A DNA stretch of 61,143 bases, counting the filler, from Hausera hauseri (Eukaryota), in NCBI GenBank assembly GCA_046269625.1. It is 12 parts of 12 records of this genome, joined end to end, with 100 filler letters (N's around TTAATTAATTAA, not from the genome) between each part and the next. Parts side by side here need not be neighbours in the genome. Positions count along the whole stretch, not along the records: positions 1 to 4,387 come from JBJURY010606555.1; positions 4,488 to 9,553 come from JBJURY010346490.1; positions 9,654 to 13,889 come from JBJURY010683994.1; 9 more parts are not named here. One strand, written 5' to 3'. Every line of letters starts with the position of its first letter. Position 1 is the stretch's first letter. The notes below the pieces were generated by a model. It did not search any database. It was not told the origin of the DNA and saw only the letters and a list, made by a program, of their open reading frames with translations. Positions 1 to 13,889 of the stretch are shown piece after piece. The translations under genes were made by a program, and so were the position numbers.

Positions 1-540
1 CCATGTCATGCCATGTCGTGTGCTTACAATCGATATAAGATTTTGTACCCTCTCCGAGGCCCTGTTTGTAGCTATGCTACTGCTGTTGTAGCTGTCTGGA
101 TCACAAGGAAGTTCGAGCCCGACGTCCTCAAGGAGGACCCACAAGGTTAGGGGTTAAGAACACAGTTACATATGGATAATAGTCTGTCGCATAGCTTATA
201 TGGTGGTTGGAGCGCCGCCTGTGCCACGTTTCAATGTATTCTCTTCATTGAAAATTGCTAGAGTTTTTAATCGTGTTTTCTGTTCATTTCTGGATAATAC
301 CTGCCCATCGCATCTTTGCTGTTTGTTTTCTTGCACCATTGACTGTCCCTTCCAAACTGGTGTTTGACTCTCCGTTCGCTTTTGATATATGTCCACACCA
401 CTGCAGCTTGCGTGATTTTACTGCTCTTTCAGGTATTTGTTACTTCTAGTGTTTGTATCTGCAACTTCCATGTCTGATATTACAAGGATAATCCTGAAAC
501 ATATTGTTTCAACTGCTGCATTTTGTTTTAAAATACTCCA
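1..540 (-). mobile_element. 3' end fragment of an RTE-clade non-LTR retrotransposon
   Basis: Minus-strand translation VKSRKLQWCGHISKANGESNTSLEGTVNGARK...MRW resembles the RTE C-terminal motif RKLxWxGHxxR...LxGxVxGxRxRGRxxxRW. A short (CATGR) repeat at 1-20 could be the tail. Confidence 0.5.
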
Positions 541-1149
541 ATTAATTTTATTTTCACATACATAATACAGAGCTGACCAAAGTAACAATCAACTTGGCAT
601 GTAAATAGTGGTACGTAACTAGATAAATAGGGGATAAAGGAGGTGAATCAGATAAATAAAGAGGTAAATATGTGTAAACATGATATTCTTGTTTCTCCAA
701 AGTGGCTTTAACTTGACCAGTATGGACTAAGTGTGTGCATGAATATATTGCTAGCTCTGTGAATATGTGGATGATTGTGTTTTGTTTATTGATGGAATGT
801 GCTTTGCACATATTTTAATTTCATTTCAGTCAATCGGTGACTTTTGTTCAATGTTATTTTGTTACCCGAACTTTTACATTTTTTTTAAATTTCATTCACA
901 TTAACTGGAAGTTTGTTAAAACTACGTTATTGTTCAATCAGATTGGTCGTTTCAATTTCATCTCTATTAATTGATCTTCCATTGTGTAAATGTCATCAAG
1001 ATTTAACTTTGCAATTAATTGGTTTGGATCAGTGATTTATTCGACTGTTTAGTATATAAAATGTAAAAATTAGTAAATGATATCGATTGAAAATTAATAA
1101 AAAATTGTTGTCGTTGGAAATTATTTTCAATAGCTCTGTTATCATTATT

Positions 1150-1622
1150 GTATCGTTCTGATTATGAAAGGATCTATTAACGAAGATTACCCTTATTCTA
1201 AAGTTACTATTCTATTCTACGAATTGTTTCCGTATGTAAACGAACTTCACCAGGTTTTGCCACAGGTTCTGCTCTTTCACCTGCTTGTTTCGAGCTCCCT
1301 TTTCGTTGTACATTGTTGTACAGGATCCATTTTTCATCGCTTGTTACGATTCGATCCGAAAAAGATTCTTTCATGGCTACCAAGTAGGGAAACGTCCACA
1401 GAGATGCGGTCCAGTTTATTCTTTTCTTTCAAAAAATGCAGAACCCATGTATCGTGTTTGGAAGTGAATCCAAGTTTTTTTAAATGGCGAAATGCAGACG
1501 AATTGTCAATATTCAGCATCTTAGCAATTTCCTCAGTGGTAATTCTTCGGTTATTTTCCACTTGTTAAGCACCGGGGTCAAATGCAAACTTTCAATCTTT
1601 GTTTTATGCCAACATATAATAT
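1150..1622 (-). mobile_element. Degraded mariner transposase fragment
   Basis: ENNRRITTEEIAKMLNI...RHLKKLGF...WVLH (HTH and WVPH-like motif), followed after a frameshift by IVTSDEKWILYNN (first catalytic Asp region). Confidence 0.75.
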
Positions 1623-3737
1623 AATTGAACAGGCAGAGCAAATAATGAGATGGTTGTTAATCCTATTATGTTATACTGGCATCTTAGATGTTTTGTATAT
1701 GCTTACAATTTCTATTAATGTCTAGGCCACACGTATCGGGACAGAGACGTTATAGCATACTTATGTTAGGATTTGACTATTTCTCCACCATTTTGGTTGA
1801 TTTCCAAGACATTTCACTATCTGGCTGATGCTTCCTTCCAAAGGCAAAATTATTATATCTCAACAATGACTTTCAAGGATCCTAGCTCGCGTTTTATATA
1901 TTAATATTGTACTTGCCCTCTTTGACGTGTGCAACCATACAATCCAGCGTACAAAATGACGTATCAATTATAAGACCCTTGCACTGATTATCATCGAAAT
2001 GTAATTTAATATCGGTCTACGTCTGTGTACAATCATCCATTAATTTATACTCAATGACAATAACCTGCAAAATTACTCATTCGTATCGTCGTGGGATTAT
2101 CGTTTCAAATTGTAACTAATCGTTACCATTTTACAACGTTGACACTTTCTCATATGTCGTTTAACATTATACAGCTCATCCTCGATGTTTCCAAAGGTAT
2201 TATTACATATATACAATAGATCAATGATCCGGTTGGATTATTAATACACTAATCCTATTCTACAATTTTCAAATCCCGCGTGCGCGGACATTACACGAAC
2301 CCTGAAAATCCTGAAAATTAATTTATTAACAAGTAAACTATTTTTATGTCGTCCCCTTAAGGGCATATTTTATAGAGAAATTTAATGATCCGAGAGCATC
2401 TAGTTGCTAAATTATAGATCTATTTTGATCCACCTCTGGAACAAATTCCATACACAACTAATTAAACTCATCCTGGGACTGTAGAAAATATATTCCGCAT
2501 TCTTCCCGCCTGATTCCATAAAGACGTAAACGGCCATTGAGATTTGTTACCTTTCGAGTACGTGAACACATCTTTCTTGCTTCACAATTTGTCGTCGATC
2601 TAAAATATAATGACGTGCCAGGGATGAACATTATTCCTATGAGGAAATCGTACCTCCTCATAAAAATATTCATTTGTGCAAATAATTATGTAATTTCAAG
2701 TGATAAAGATTTATTTATATCACAAACAGTATACAAACAATTCGCCTGAGGTTCAAATAAGAATAATAGAGGCATACCGATTTAATGAATATTCAAATTC
2801 AAATTAACATTAAACTCATCTATTGATCTGTCGTTATTCGTTCCTGATGCAGCCATATTTCTAGAGATTATTTTCAAATCTTTCTTCAATTGTACTAGAA
2901 TTGGTAGTAATCAACGTTAGTAAATCTATAATTAACTACTGCTTCGAAATCGACCAATATTTTATAATTGGTAAACTTTCGTATCGCACTGTATAATAAT
3001 ACAATGAAATAATCAATGGAATATCTATAGAATTTCAGTGTTAGTGGTTTTGTTTTTTAGCTAGTTTATATACCAGTTTTGTGTCCTTCCAGAATTTTCT
3101 TAATGGATTAATTTTGTAAATAAATTGTCAATTTGCCTTTATTGATTTTTTTAATTGCAATTGCCATGTTTCGCATTTTATTAACAATTTCTTGTGTCTT
3201 TCTGCTATTAAAATAATTAACATGTTTTTCACATTGTGTCGGCTTTCGATTAGTAATAACGTTCCTGATTTCTTTGGTATTATTCAATTTCTGCAATTTA
3301 ATTACCTTATATGACATACTATTTTATTTTAATTGTACTTGTAATTTTAATTATTATTTGTTTGTTAATATTTTTCTCAATATTCGATTTCAATCTACAC
3401 CTCTGATACTTGTGAATATTCATACACACGACAGTGGCAATAAAAATACCCATCAATGGGGTTAACACAATAAAAATAAAGAAGGAACTTTATGTACAAT
3501 GATATATAATTACAATGTCATAGAATCTATGTAACAAGTCAATGTCATTTTGTTACGTTCATTGATGTATAACATACAAACACGAATATTAGCATGTGGA
3601 TCTTTTCCATATTACTCAAAGGAAAATGTTCTAATCACAGTACGCCATTTGTTGTTGAAATATACTTTCAGTCACATTTAAAATATGGAATTTATCTACT
3701 TGTCAATTTTCATATATTTCCAGCCTTTGTTAAACGC

Positions 3738-4214
3738 ATGATTATCGATTTATTGGAAAATAAGAATAACAATGATGAAGACCATGATAACGCAAAAGAA
3801 GAAATAGATGAAGAAAGCGAAGATTCAAATGGGAATGAAAACGACGAAGAGAAAGATTTTAAAAACAAATTTGTTTTTTATTGCTGTAATCCTGTATGTT
3901 GTGGCCATTGTGTATTTGCTGTTTGCTGTTACAACCTGACTCTCCAAGAAATATTTAAAAATCTTGGGTGTTTTAAAGTCGGAGCTATAATTTTGGCATG
4001 TTTGTTTGGTTGTGTTCCATGCTGGCTGTGTTGCCCCTGTGTAATATTCTGCTTAAGACAACGATTTAGGAAAAAGCATAATTACAAGAAGAATACTTGT
4101 TTTGATTGTTTGGTATCATTCTTCTTTCCATTTCGAGCTTTAACTCAGCTTTTACACGAAGTGAGGGATCAGCATCTGGAAGCCAAAAGACTGGCAGAAG
4201 AAACAGGGAATTAA
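3738..4214 (+). CDS. PLAC8/cornifelin-family Cys-rich protein
   Basis: CCNPVC...CWLCCPC...RQRFRKKHNY...CFDCLVSFFFPFRALTQLLHE matches the PLAC8 pattern, with an acidic N-terminus. A TTTCCAG acceptor-like site lies just upstream of ATG 3738 and AATAAA downstream (~4290). The ORF track starts at 3594. Confidence 0.7.
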   Translation: MIIDLLENKNNNDEDHDNAKEEIDEESEDSNGNENDEEKDFKNKFVFYCCNPVCCGHCVFAVCCYNLTLQEIFKNLGCFKVGAIILACLFGCVPCWLCCPCVIFCLRQRFRKKHNYKKNTCFDCLVSFFFPFRALTQLLHEVRDQHLEAKRLAEETGN

Positions 4215-4387
4215 GAGACAAGCTGTTTTGAACTTATTTGATTTTTGTTTTTATTTTAAAATTTTTACAAACGCTGACACTGTTTTAAAAATAAATCGAT
4301 TATCGCTTTTGAATTCAAACTTGATGAGCTTGAATTTGAAGGTCATCCAACGGTTTTCATAAGTTACGAATGTACAATCGCAATTCT

Positions 4388-4487
4388 NNNNNNNNNNNNN
4401 NNNNNNNNNNNNNNNNNNNNNNNNNNNNNNNTTAATTAATTAANNNNNNNNNNNNNNNNNNNNNNNNNNNNNNNNNNNNNNNNNNNN
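4388..4487. other. Artificial contig-joining linker (N44-TTAATTAATTAA-N44)
   Basis: The same six-frame-stop linker recurs at 9554, 13890, 18539, 25235, 29409, 35222, 40042, 44812, 49579 and 53838. Segments on either side are not physically linked. Confidence 0.97.
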
Positions 4488-7400
4488 AGGCCACACCATG
4501 GAAGTCCACACCATGAAAGACCACATCATGGAAGTCCCCACCATGAAAGACCATAGTATGGAAGACCACACCATGAAAAACCACATCATGGAAGTACCCA
4601 CCCTGAAAGATCACTTCATGCATGTCCCCACCATGAAAGACCATAGTATGGAAGTCCACTCCATGAAAGGCCACACAAAAGAAATCCACATCATTAAAGA
4701 CCACATCATTGATGATTCGCCATGAAAGACCCTAGTATGGAAGTCCACACCATGAAAGACCAATCTATGGATGTCAATACCATGAAAGACCATATCATGG
4801 AAGACCACGCCATAAAAGACCGCATCATGGAAGTCCCCACCATGAAAGAACATAGTATGGAAGTCCACACAATGAAAGGCCACACCATGGAAAACCACAC
4901 CATGAAAAACTATATCAGGGAAGACCACGCCATGAAAGAGCACATCATGGAAGTCCCCACCATGAAAGAACATAGTATGGAAGTCCACACAATGAAAAAC
5001 CACACCATGGAAAACCACACCATGAAAAACTATATCAGGGAAGACCACGCCATAAAAGACCGCATCATGGAAGTACCCACCATGAAAGACCACTTCATGC
5101 ATGTCCCCACCATGAAAGACCATAGTATGGAAGACCACACCATGAAAAACCACATCATGGAAGTACCCACCATGAAAGACCACTTCATGCATGTCCCCAT
5201 CATGAAAGACCATAGTATGAAAGTCCACACCATGAAAGGCCACACAAAGGAAATCCCCACCATGAAACACCACAGTATAAAAGTCCACACCATGAAAGGC
5301 CACACCATGGAAGTCCGCACCATAAAATACCACTTCATGAATGTCCACACGGTGAAAGACCACATCATGGTTGTCATCACCATGTAAGAACATAGTACCG
5401 AAGTCCAAACAATGAAACGCGACACCATGGAAATCCACACCATGAAAGACCATGTCATGGAATTCCCCAATAAGAAAGACAATATCATGGAAGCCCACAC
5501 CATGAAAGGCCACATCATAAAAGTCCCCACCATGAAAGACCATATCATGAAAATCCCCACCAAAAATACCACACCTGAAAGTCCCCACCATGAAAGACCA
5601 TAATGTGGAAGTCCACACCATGAAGGACCACATCTGGAAGTCCACACATTCAAAGGCCACATCATGGAAGGCCCCACCATGAAAGACCATAGTATGGAAG
5701 TCCACACCATGAAAAACCACATCATGGAAGTCTCCAACCTGAAAGACCACTTCATTGATGTCCCCACCATAAAAGACCATAGTATGAAAGTCCACACCAT
5801 GAAAGGCCACACCAAGGAAGTCCACACCATGAAAGACGACATCAATGATGACCAACCATGAAAGACCATGATATGGAACTCCACACCATGAAAGACCACA
5901 CTATGGTAGTCAACACCATGAAAGACCATATCATGGAAGTCCCCACCCTAAAAGACCATTTCATGGATGTCCCAACCATGAAAGACCATAGTATGGAAGT
6001 ACACACCATGAAAGACCACACCACGGAATTCCACATTATGAAAGTCCACATCATTAATGACCCACCATGAAAGACCATAGTATGGAAGTCCACACCATGA
6101 AAGACCACACTATGGAAGTCAACTCCATGAAAGACCATATCATGAAAGACCACGCCATAAAAGACCACGTCATAAAAGACCACATCATGGAAGTCCCCAC
6201 CATGAAAGACCATAGCATAAAAGTCTACACCATGTAAGGCCACAGTATAGACGTCCACACCATTAAAAGCCACACCATGGAAGTCCACACCATGAAAGGC
6301 CACACCATGGAAGTTCCCACCATGAAAGACGAGTGTATAGAAGTTTACACCATGAAAGACAACACCATGGAAGTCAACACCATGAAAGACAATATCATGG
6401 AAGACCACGCCATGAAAGACCACATCATGGAAGGTTCCACCATAAAAGACCATAGTATGGAAGTCCACACCATGAAAGGCCACATCATTGATGTAAACAC
6501 AAAGAAACACCATATTATGGAAGTCCACACCATGAAAGATCACTCTATAGAAGTCAACACCATGAAAGACCATATCATCGAAGAGGACACCATGAAAGAC
6601 GACATCATGGAAGTCCCCACCATGAAAGACCATTGAATGGAAGTCCACACCATGAAAGACCACATCAAGAAAGTCCCCACCCTAAAAGACAAATTCATGG
6701 ATGTCCCCAGCATGAAGGACCATAGAATGGAAGTCCACACCATGGTAGACCACACTATAAAATTCAACACCACAAAAGACCACATCATGGAATTCTCCAC
6801 CATGAAAGACAATATAATGGAAGACAACAACATGAGAGACCACATAATGGAAGTCCCCACCATGAAAGACCACAGTATAAAATTCCACACCATGAAAGGC
6901 CACACCATGAAAGTCCACACCATGAAAGACCACATCATAAAAGTCTCCACCGTGGAAGACCACATCATGGAAATCCCCACCATGAAAGACCACTTCATTG
7001 ATGTCCCCAGCATGAAAGAGCATAGTATGGAAGTCCACACCATGAAATACCACATCATGGAAGTCCCCACCATAAAACACCACAGTATAAAAGTCCACAC
7101 TATGAAAGGCCACACCATGGAAGTCCACACCATGAAATACCACATCATAAATGTCCACACGGTAAAAGACCACATCATGGTTGTCATCACCATGTAAGAA
7201 CATAGTACCGAAATCCACACAATGAAACGCGACACCATGGAAATCCACACCATGAAAGACCATGTCATGGAATTCCCCACCAAGAAAGACAATATCATGG
7301 AAGTCCACACCATGAAAGGCCACATCATGGAAGTCCCCACCATGAAAGACCATATCATAAAAATCCCCACCTTGAAATACCACATCTGAAAGTCCCCACC

Positions 7401-9553
7401 ATGAAAAACCATAATATGGAAGTCCACACCATGAAGGACCACATCTGGAAGTCCACACATTCAAAGGCCACATCATGGAAGGCCCCACCATGAAAGACCA
7501 TAGTATGGAAGTCCACACCATGAAAAACCACATCATGGAAGTCTCCAACCTGAAAGACCACTTCATTGATGTCCCCACCATAAAAGACCATAGTATGAAA
7601 GTCCACACCATGAAAGGCCACACCAAGGAAGTCCACACCATGAAAGACGACATCAATGATGACCAACCATGAAAGACCATGATATGGAACTCCACACCAT
7701 GAAAGACCACACTATGGTAGTCAACACCATGAAAGACCATATCATGGAAGTCCCCACCCTAAAAGACCATTTCATGGATGTCCCAACCATGAAAGACCAT
7801 AGTATGGAAATACACACCATGAAAGACCACACCACGGAATTCCACATTATGAAAGTCCACATCATTGATGACCCATCATGAAAGACCATAGTATGTAAGT
7901 CCACATCATGAAAGGGAACACCATGGAATTCTACGCCATGAAAGACCATATCATGGAAATCCCCACCTTGAAATACCACATCTGGAAGTCCCCACCATGA
8001 AAGCCCATAATATGGAAGTCCACACCATGAAAGATCACATCATGGAAGACCCGACCCATAAAGACCATTTTAAGGGTGTCCACACCATGAAAGGCCACAC
8101 AATGGAAGTTAACACGATGAAAGACCACATTATGGAAGACCACGCCATGAAAGACCACATCATGGAAATCCCCACCATGAAAGACCACAGTATAGAAGTC
8201 CCCACCGTGAAAGACCACACCATTGATGTCCATACCATGATAGACCACATCATGGAAAGCCCCACCTAGAAATACCACATAAGGAAGTCCCCACTATGAA
8301 AGAACATACTGTGGAAGTCCACACCTTGAAAGGCCACACCATGGAAGTCCACACCATGAAAGACCACACCATAGATGTCCACACCAAGAAAGATCATAGT
8401 ATGGAAGTCCACACCATGAAAGACCACACTATGGAAGTCAACACCATAAAAGACCATATCAAGGAAGACCACGTTATGAAAGACAACATCATGGACGTCC
8501 CGACCATGAAAGAACATAGTATGGAAGACCACACAATGAAAGTCCACACCATGGAAGTTTACACCAAAAAAGATCATAGTATGGAATCCAAACCATGAAA
8601 GGCCACATTATGGCAGTCCACATTATGAAAGACCATATCAATGATGACCCACTATGAAAGACCACATCATAGAAGTCCCCACCATGAAAGACCATAGTAT
8701 GGAATTCCACACCATGAAAGGCCACAATGTAGAAGTTCACACCATGAAACGCCACACCATGAATGTCCACACCATGTAAGACCACAGTATAGAAGTCCAC
8801 ACAATGAAAGGCCACACCATGGAAGTTCCCACCATAAAAGTCCACTGTATAGAAGTCCACACCATGAAGGGCCACACCATGGAAGTCCACACCATGAATG
8901 ATTACATTAATGAAGTCCACACCATGAAAGGCCACACCATGGAAGTCCACACCATGAAAGACCACATGATGGAAGACCACGCCATGAAAGACCACATCAT
9001 GGAAGTCCACACCATGACAGGCCACACCATGGATATCCACACCATGAAATACGACATCTTGGAATGCCCCACCTAGAAATACCACATTTGGAAGTCCCCA
9101 CCATGAAAAACCACATCATGGAAGTCCATACCATGAAAGGCCATAGTATGGAAGACCAAACCATGAAAGACTACATCATCGAAGTACGCACCCTGAAAGA
9201 CCACTTCATGCATGTGCCCACCATGAATTACCATAGAATAAAAGTCCACTCCATGAAAGGCCACACCATGGAAGTCCACACCATAAAAGACCACATCATT
9301 GATGACCCACGATGAAAACCATAGTATGGAAGTCCACACCATGAAAGACCACATTATGGAAGTCAACACCATGAAAGACCATATCATGGAAGATTACGCC
9401 ATGAAAGGCCACATCATAAAAGTGGCCACCATGAAAGACCATAGTATGGAAGTCCACACCATAAAAGGCCACAGTGTAGAAGTCCACACCATGAAAGGCC
9501 ACACCATGGAAGTCCACACCATGAAAGACCACATCATTGATGACCCACCATGA
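4488..9553. repeat. Degenerate 15-bp/30-bp tandem minisatellite (GAAGTCCACACCATG AAAGACCACATCATG)n with ~1.8-kb higher-order duplication
   Basis: The whole contig is built of 15-mer variants. The ORF at 5664-5861 recurs identically at 7475-7672 (offset 1811). Translates as (MEVHT/MKDHI)n on + and (HGVDF/HDVVF)n on -. Confidence 0.95.
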
Positions 9554-10245
9554 NNNNNNNNNNNNNNNNNNNNNNNNNNNNNNNNNNNNNNNNNNNNTTA
9601 ATTAATTAANNNNNNNNNNNNNNNNNNNNNNNNNNNNNNNNNNNNNNNNNNNNCTTACGCTTATTAAAAAATAGTCACAAAACTCCCCTTATATTTCGCG
9701 GCATTCGGATTTGGATATTTTCTACAAGGTAATTTTGGTGCTTTCATACAGTTCAAATTTTGAAATTTTTTACAATATTTTTCAAATTTTATTCAATAAT
9801 CCTTGTATTTCCTTTTTATGCTGTTTTTGTACACAGCCGCGTTATCACTTTTATAACTTTATTTTACGTGCCAGAACATTTTGATTTAATAACGTTAAAA
9901 GACAATAATGAGATAAATGCCANNNNNNNNNNAAAGGAACTTCCAAATCTTATCGACGATTTGTTTCCTTCGGGATTGACTGACCATGTGAAACTTACGA
10001 TCACAACTGAGAGTTCTTCAATGCCCAAGTATGCAATGTCGAACAAATAAAGGTAAGATTATTAGAGAAATTTAAACCACCGAGAAATCTAGGGCGACTG
10101 TTCAAATATGACAAAAATTATTCTCATTTAAAAGTCAGAATGTTATTTCATAAATTTTTCAAACGACGCAAGAATGAATTTATTTCAAAGTTATCACCCG
10201 TTGATAATAATTTTATTGTTTATCATGCTTTAGTAAAAAGTCAAT

Positions 10246-10760
10246 ATTATTGATGACGCACGTCGTTTCAAATATAAGCCAGGTAAAACTTTTGAAGGAT
10301 TGAAAACGTCCGATTTAAGACTCCTAGTTCTACTCATAGGCTCACCACCTCACAATAACGCACAAGAATTATCTAATCTGTCAAATTTTTGGAACTTTTG
10401 AAGTTTTTCTTAGAATCAGATTTTTTAATGACATACGTAGATTTAAGAAGTGAAGAGCAAGTTGCCAGTCTGAAGTTACTGTTGAAACTCATGATGTTGC
10501 GTCGTTCGGAAAATGTTGAGAAGAGTTTGGCTCCAAAAGAAATCATTGTTGTAGTAGTACTAACCAATATGCAGAAAACATATCACCGTGCAATACTCGA
10601 AAGAAACTTTTCATTTTCGCCCAAAGGAACTTCCGGTAACAATGTGCCAACTTTAATGAACACCACGCTAGAATTAGAAAAATGTTGTAATCACCCTTTT
10701 CTTATCAAAGACGCCGAAGAAGCAATTCTGCATAATTTGAGAAAGAGTTCTGATAAGGGC
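10246..10760 (+). pseudogene. CHD7: Intronless CHD6-9/kismet-type SNF2 helicase fragment (LTR cargo)
   Basis: IIDDARRFK..., LLIGSPPHNNAQEL, DLRSEEQV...MMLRRSENVEKSLAPKE, YHRAILERNF, LEKCCNHPFLIKDAEEAIL match the CHD7-subfamily ATPase. Frameshift near 10388; the DEAH motif is degenerate. Confidence 0.8.
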
Positions 10761-10785
10761 AATATCACGAAATACTTGCGAAAAA

Positions 10786-10920
10786 TACTGATGAAGAAAC
10801 ATTGCATGCGGGGAACTCGGTCACCCCGAATTTTGGGATTTGCCACAGCGAGGCTGAAGTCTTGGTCGCCCACCCTATACCATTGAGTCGGACGGCACCG
10901 TTCGCTGACGCCCCACGACA
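10786..10920 (+). repeat. Family-A LTR right terminus (motif Y), ends ...CACGACA
   Basis: Near-identical to the reverse complement of 31110-31245. Followed by the family-A leader and gag. Confidence 0.8.
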
Positions 10921-13889
10921 CGCCCCTGGCCATACGATCACTTCATTTTCTTTTTTTTAAACAACCAAAACATTTGCACAATTGCATCAACATACGAGAA
11001 CACCGCAGATTTCTATAACGTCATCTCCACTTCTATTCACTCATCTGACTTTTATCTTACACACAATGGCTCTACGGTACCTATCACCGGAACCCTACAA
11101 TCTTCTTCAACTTATATCTACCTTCACATACACTTCCGCATCCGTGGTGGCATGAATTCATTACCCGTCATAGACACCACGGATAATCCTATCAAATCAC
11201 CGATGTCCATCACTTACCTACCCAAACAAAGTGCTTCAAACATTCCGACACAGCGAACACTCCCCACTTATTCACCCAACACAGAATACTTCCTCGACAG
11301 CCAAAAGTTTACCCAAACATGGTTAAAACTGCATCAATTCTGTCTCCAATCACAAAACGTCGTCGACCCCTTATCCAAAGCCAACAACCTGTTTTTCCGT
11401 TTACCTACTTCTATCAAAACCAAAATTACGAACATCATCGACATCCTTCACCACACCGATCCATATGCTCAACTTTACAATGCTATTCTTAAGCTTACTG
11501 AGCCGTCAATCGACTCTGTCATTCAAATGTTCTTCAGTGACAACGCCATGGACCTACAGAAGCCTTCTGAATTCTTGCGCACATCCTTATCCCACCTTAA
11601 TACCATTGGCATAACATCTGAGCATAGTCCAGAACTTCTTCGTCGCTACTTTTTAAACATTGCCCCTTCAAATAAGAGCTTTGCTCACTTTGGTCGAAGA
11701 CTCCACGACACTGGGAAAGTTAGCCGAACTGGCGGATAAAGCCTATGAAGTGCTGCACTCACACAGCACCAACTGTCTCCGCGGCATTAATAACAAACCA
11801 CCAACGACAAAATGTAATGCTAAAGCAACAAATTTCGCAATTACGTACAGACAACGAAATGTTGCAAAAACAATTAATAATATAAATGAAAAATTAAATG
11901 AATTGACGCTGCCTCGACGAGGTTTTTCTAGGGCTGCTTCCCCTGATGTATTTCGTCAAGGACAAAGACGGTCGCCTTCGCCCGCGCGGTCGTCGATCTG
12001 CTACTATCATAGCAAATTTGGTAACAATGCTCAGAAATTCTGCATCGGTTTTAAATTTTACATCCCCGATTTATATAGTTTTCATCTATCACGCAAAATT
12101 TGGAACAAAAGTACAAAAATGCCTACCAGGCTGTAACCACAACACGCACAATAAAATCAACACTATTAAACTCACACAAAATATTAGGCCAAACTTATCA
12201 GCTGCAAAAAACTGATTTCGCCGCTAGGACACACGGCAAGTTCTAACAAGAGCAACTATCTACAAAAAACCTGGCAGACACATTTGCTGTATTCACGTTT
12301 GAAGCGGCAGTCGTCAGTCCAACAAAGCAAAACATTAATTTTGTTATAGACATCGGCGCAGCAATCTCTTTACTACTATTAACACAGCACGTCCAAAACA
12401 ATTTTGCTTCAAAAAACAAATGTTCACTGCGTCCGGTGAAGCTTTACAAACTTTTGGAATTACTAAATTAACTTTTATCCCACCAAATTTTCCAAACACA
12501 TTCACCTGGAAATTCACAGTAGCCAATATACACACCTGTATTGGGTTCAGACTTTCTGTTCCACTACCATTTACTTGCAGACTGCAAACGATGTTCCTTA
12601 AAGAGCGGAAATAACATTAATTAAATTAGCAGCATTTCGGTGACCATCCGGGCGACTGCTGCCAGCAAGTCAATACCAAAGAAAACGACTTCCGATTTGA
12701 ATTATTTTTTACTCATTCATTATATAGAAATTTTTATTACGGTAACAAATACGATATTGCTAACTGCGTGGCACCCATTACTGATAGCACAGCTTCCAAC
12801 ACTATCTTCAACACGAACATCCTGCACCTATTACCACCCTGTCACAACACCTCGTCTACAACTCATACCTCAACTTCATCCAGTCACGATGCATCGACAC
12901 CATTTGAAAATTTTTCATCATTACCCTCTGACCTACACCAATATTTCGTCTTCCTGCACGCGTCTGTTCTAAAAGGACAAATCATTCATACCACCTAAAT
13001 CCACCTTCCATCACATAGTTACAGCACATCAAAGACCAATACGTCAAAAGGTCCGCCCACTATCACCTCTCCGCAAACAGGCAGTGGAGGCTGAGTTTCT
13101 CGAACTGGAAAAATCAGGAATAATCAGAAGATCCAAATCCCCTTGGTTTTCACCACTACATGTGGTTCCAAAAAAGATGGCACCTTTTGCTCATGCGGTG
13201 ATTACCGTCAACTCAACATTAGAACAACAATGGATGCCTACCCTCTGCTATTAATCAACGATATGCTTCACAGGCTCCATGGCTTGACCATTTTCCTGCA
13301 TTTATTTGCACAGAGCATACCACCAAATTCCGGTGGTCCCAGCAGACATTCCGAAAGCGGCTGTCATTACACCTTTCGGCCTTTTCCAATACTTTTTCAT
13401 TCCTTTTGGACTTTAGCGCTTCCCAGAACTTCCAGAGGCATATCGATACAGTCCTATGAGGTTTAGACTTCACCTATCCCTATATAGATGAGATCCTAGT
13501 TGCATCACCTTCCTCGAAACAACACTCCGAACACTAACGTTTAATCTTCCAGCGTTTGCACCAAAACAATTTGCAAATCAATTTCACCAAGTGCTCTTTT
13601 TTTCAACAAAGTCAACTTCCTAGGACATGTTATTAGCTTCTCCGGACATTCACCTCAGCCAGAGCGCATCACACAGCTCAAAAACATACAGTTACCACGA
13701 ACATCAACAGAGATGCGTTCTTTCCTCGGAACCTTGCACTTTATTCATAAGTATATTTCACACTGCTCCACTCTAGCCTCTGCATTTGCCTTACTAAACT
13801 CTGGCAAGAAAAAACAGCCTATTCAGTGGACCGCCGAGCTAATCTACGCTTTCGATAACCTCAAAGACAATTTAAAAACCGTGGAAATC
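10921..13889 (+). mobile_element. Ty3/Gypsy family-A internal region (gag, protease, RT), frameshifted
   Basis: Gag-like 11152-12136 (DPYAQL..., QKPSEFLR, CYYHSKFG). Protease-like FVIDIGAAISLL ~12340. RT motifs [29 protein letters not shown]. Confidence 0.85.

Noticed and set aside
4388-4487. TTAATTAATTAA palindrome as a biological motif, and synteny across it
   Set aside because: Identical N-flanked assembly linker repeated 11 times.
4488-9553. CRISPR array
   Set aside because: Contiguous degenerate tandem units with no unique spacers, no cas genes, and a eukaryotic context.
10786-13889. Family A as a DIRS-like element with inverted terminal repeats
   Set aside because: It encodes a protease and a DDE integrase, not a tyrosine recombinase. 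The TG/CA ends face the internal region, and X occurs without pol at 34712 and 50341, which fits LTR termini.
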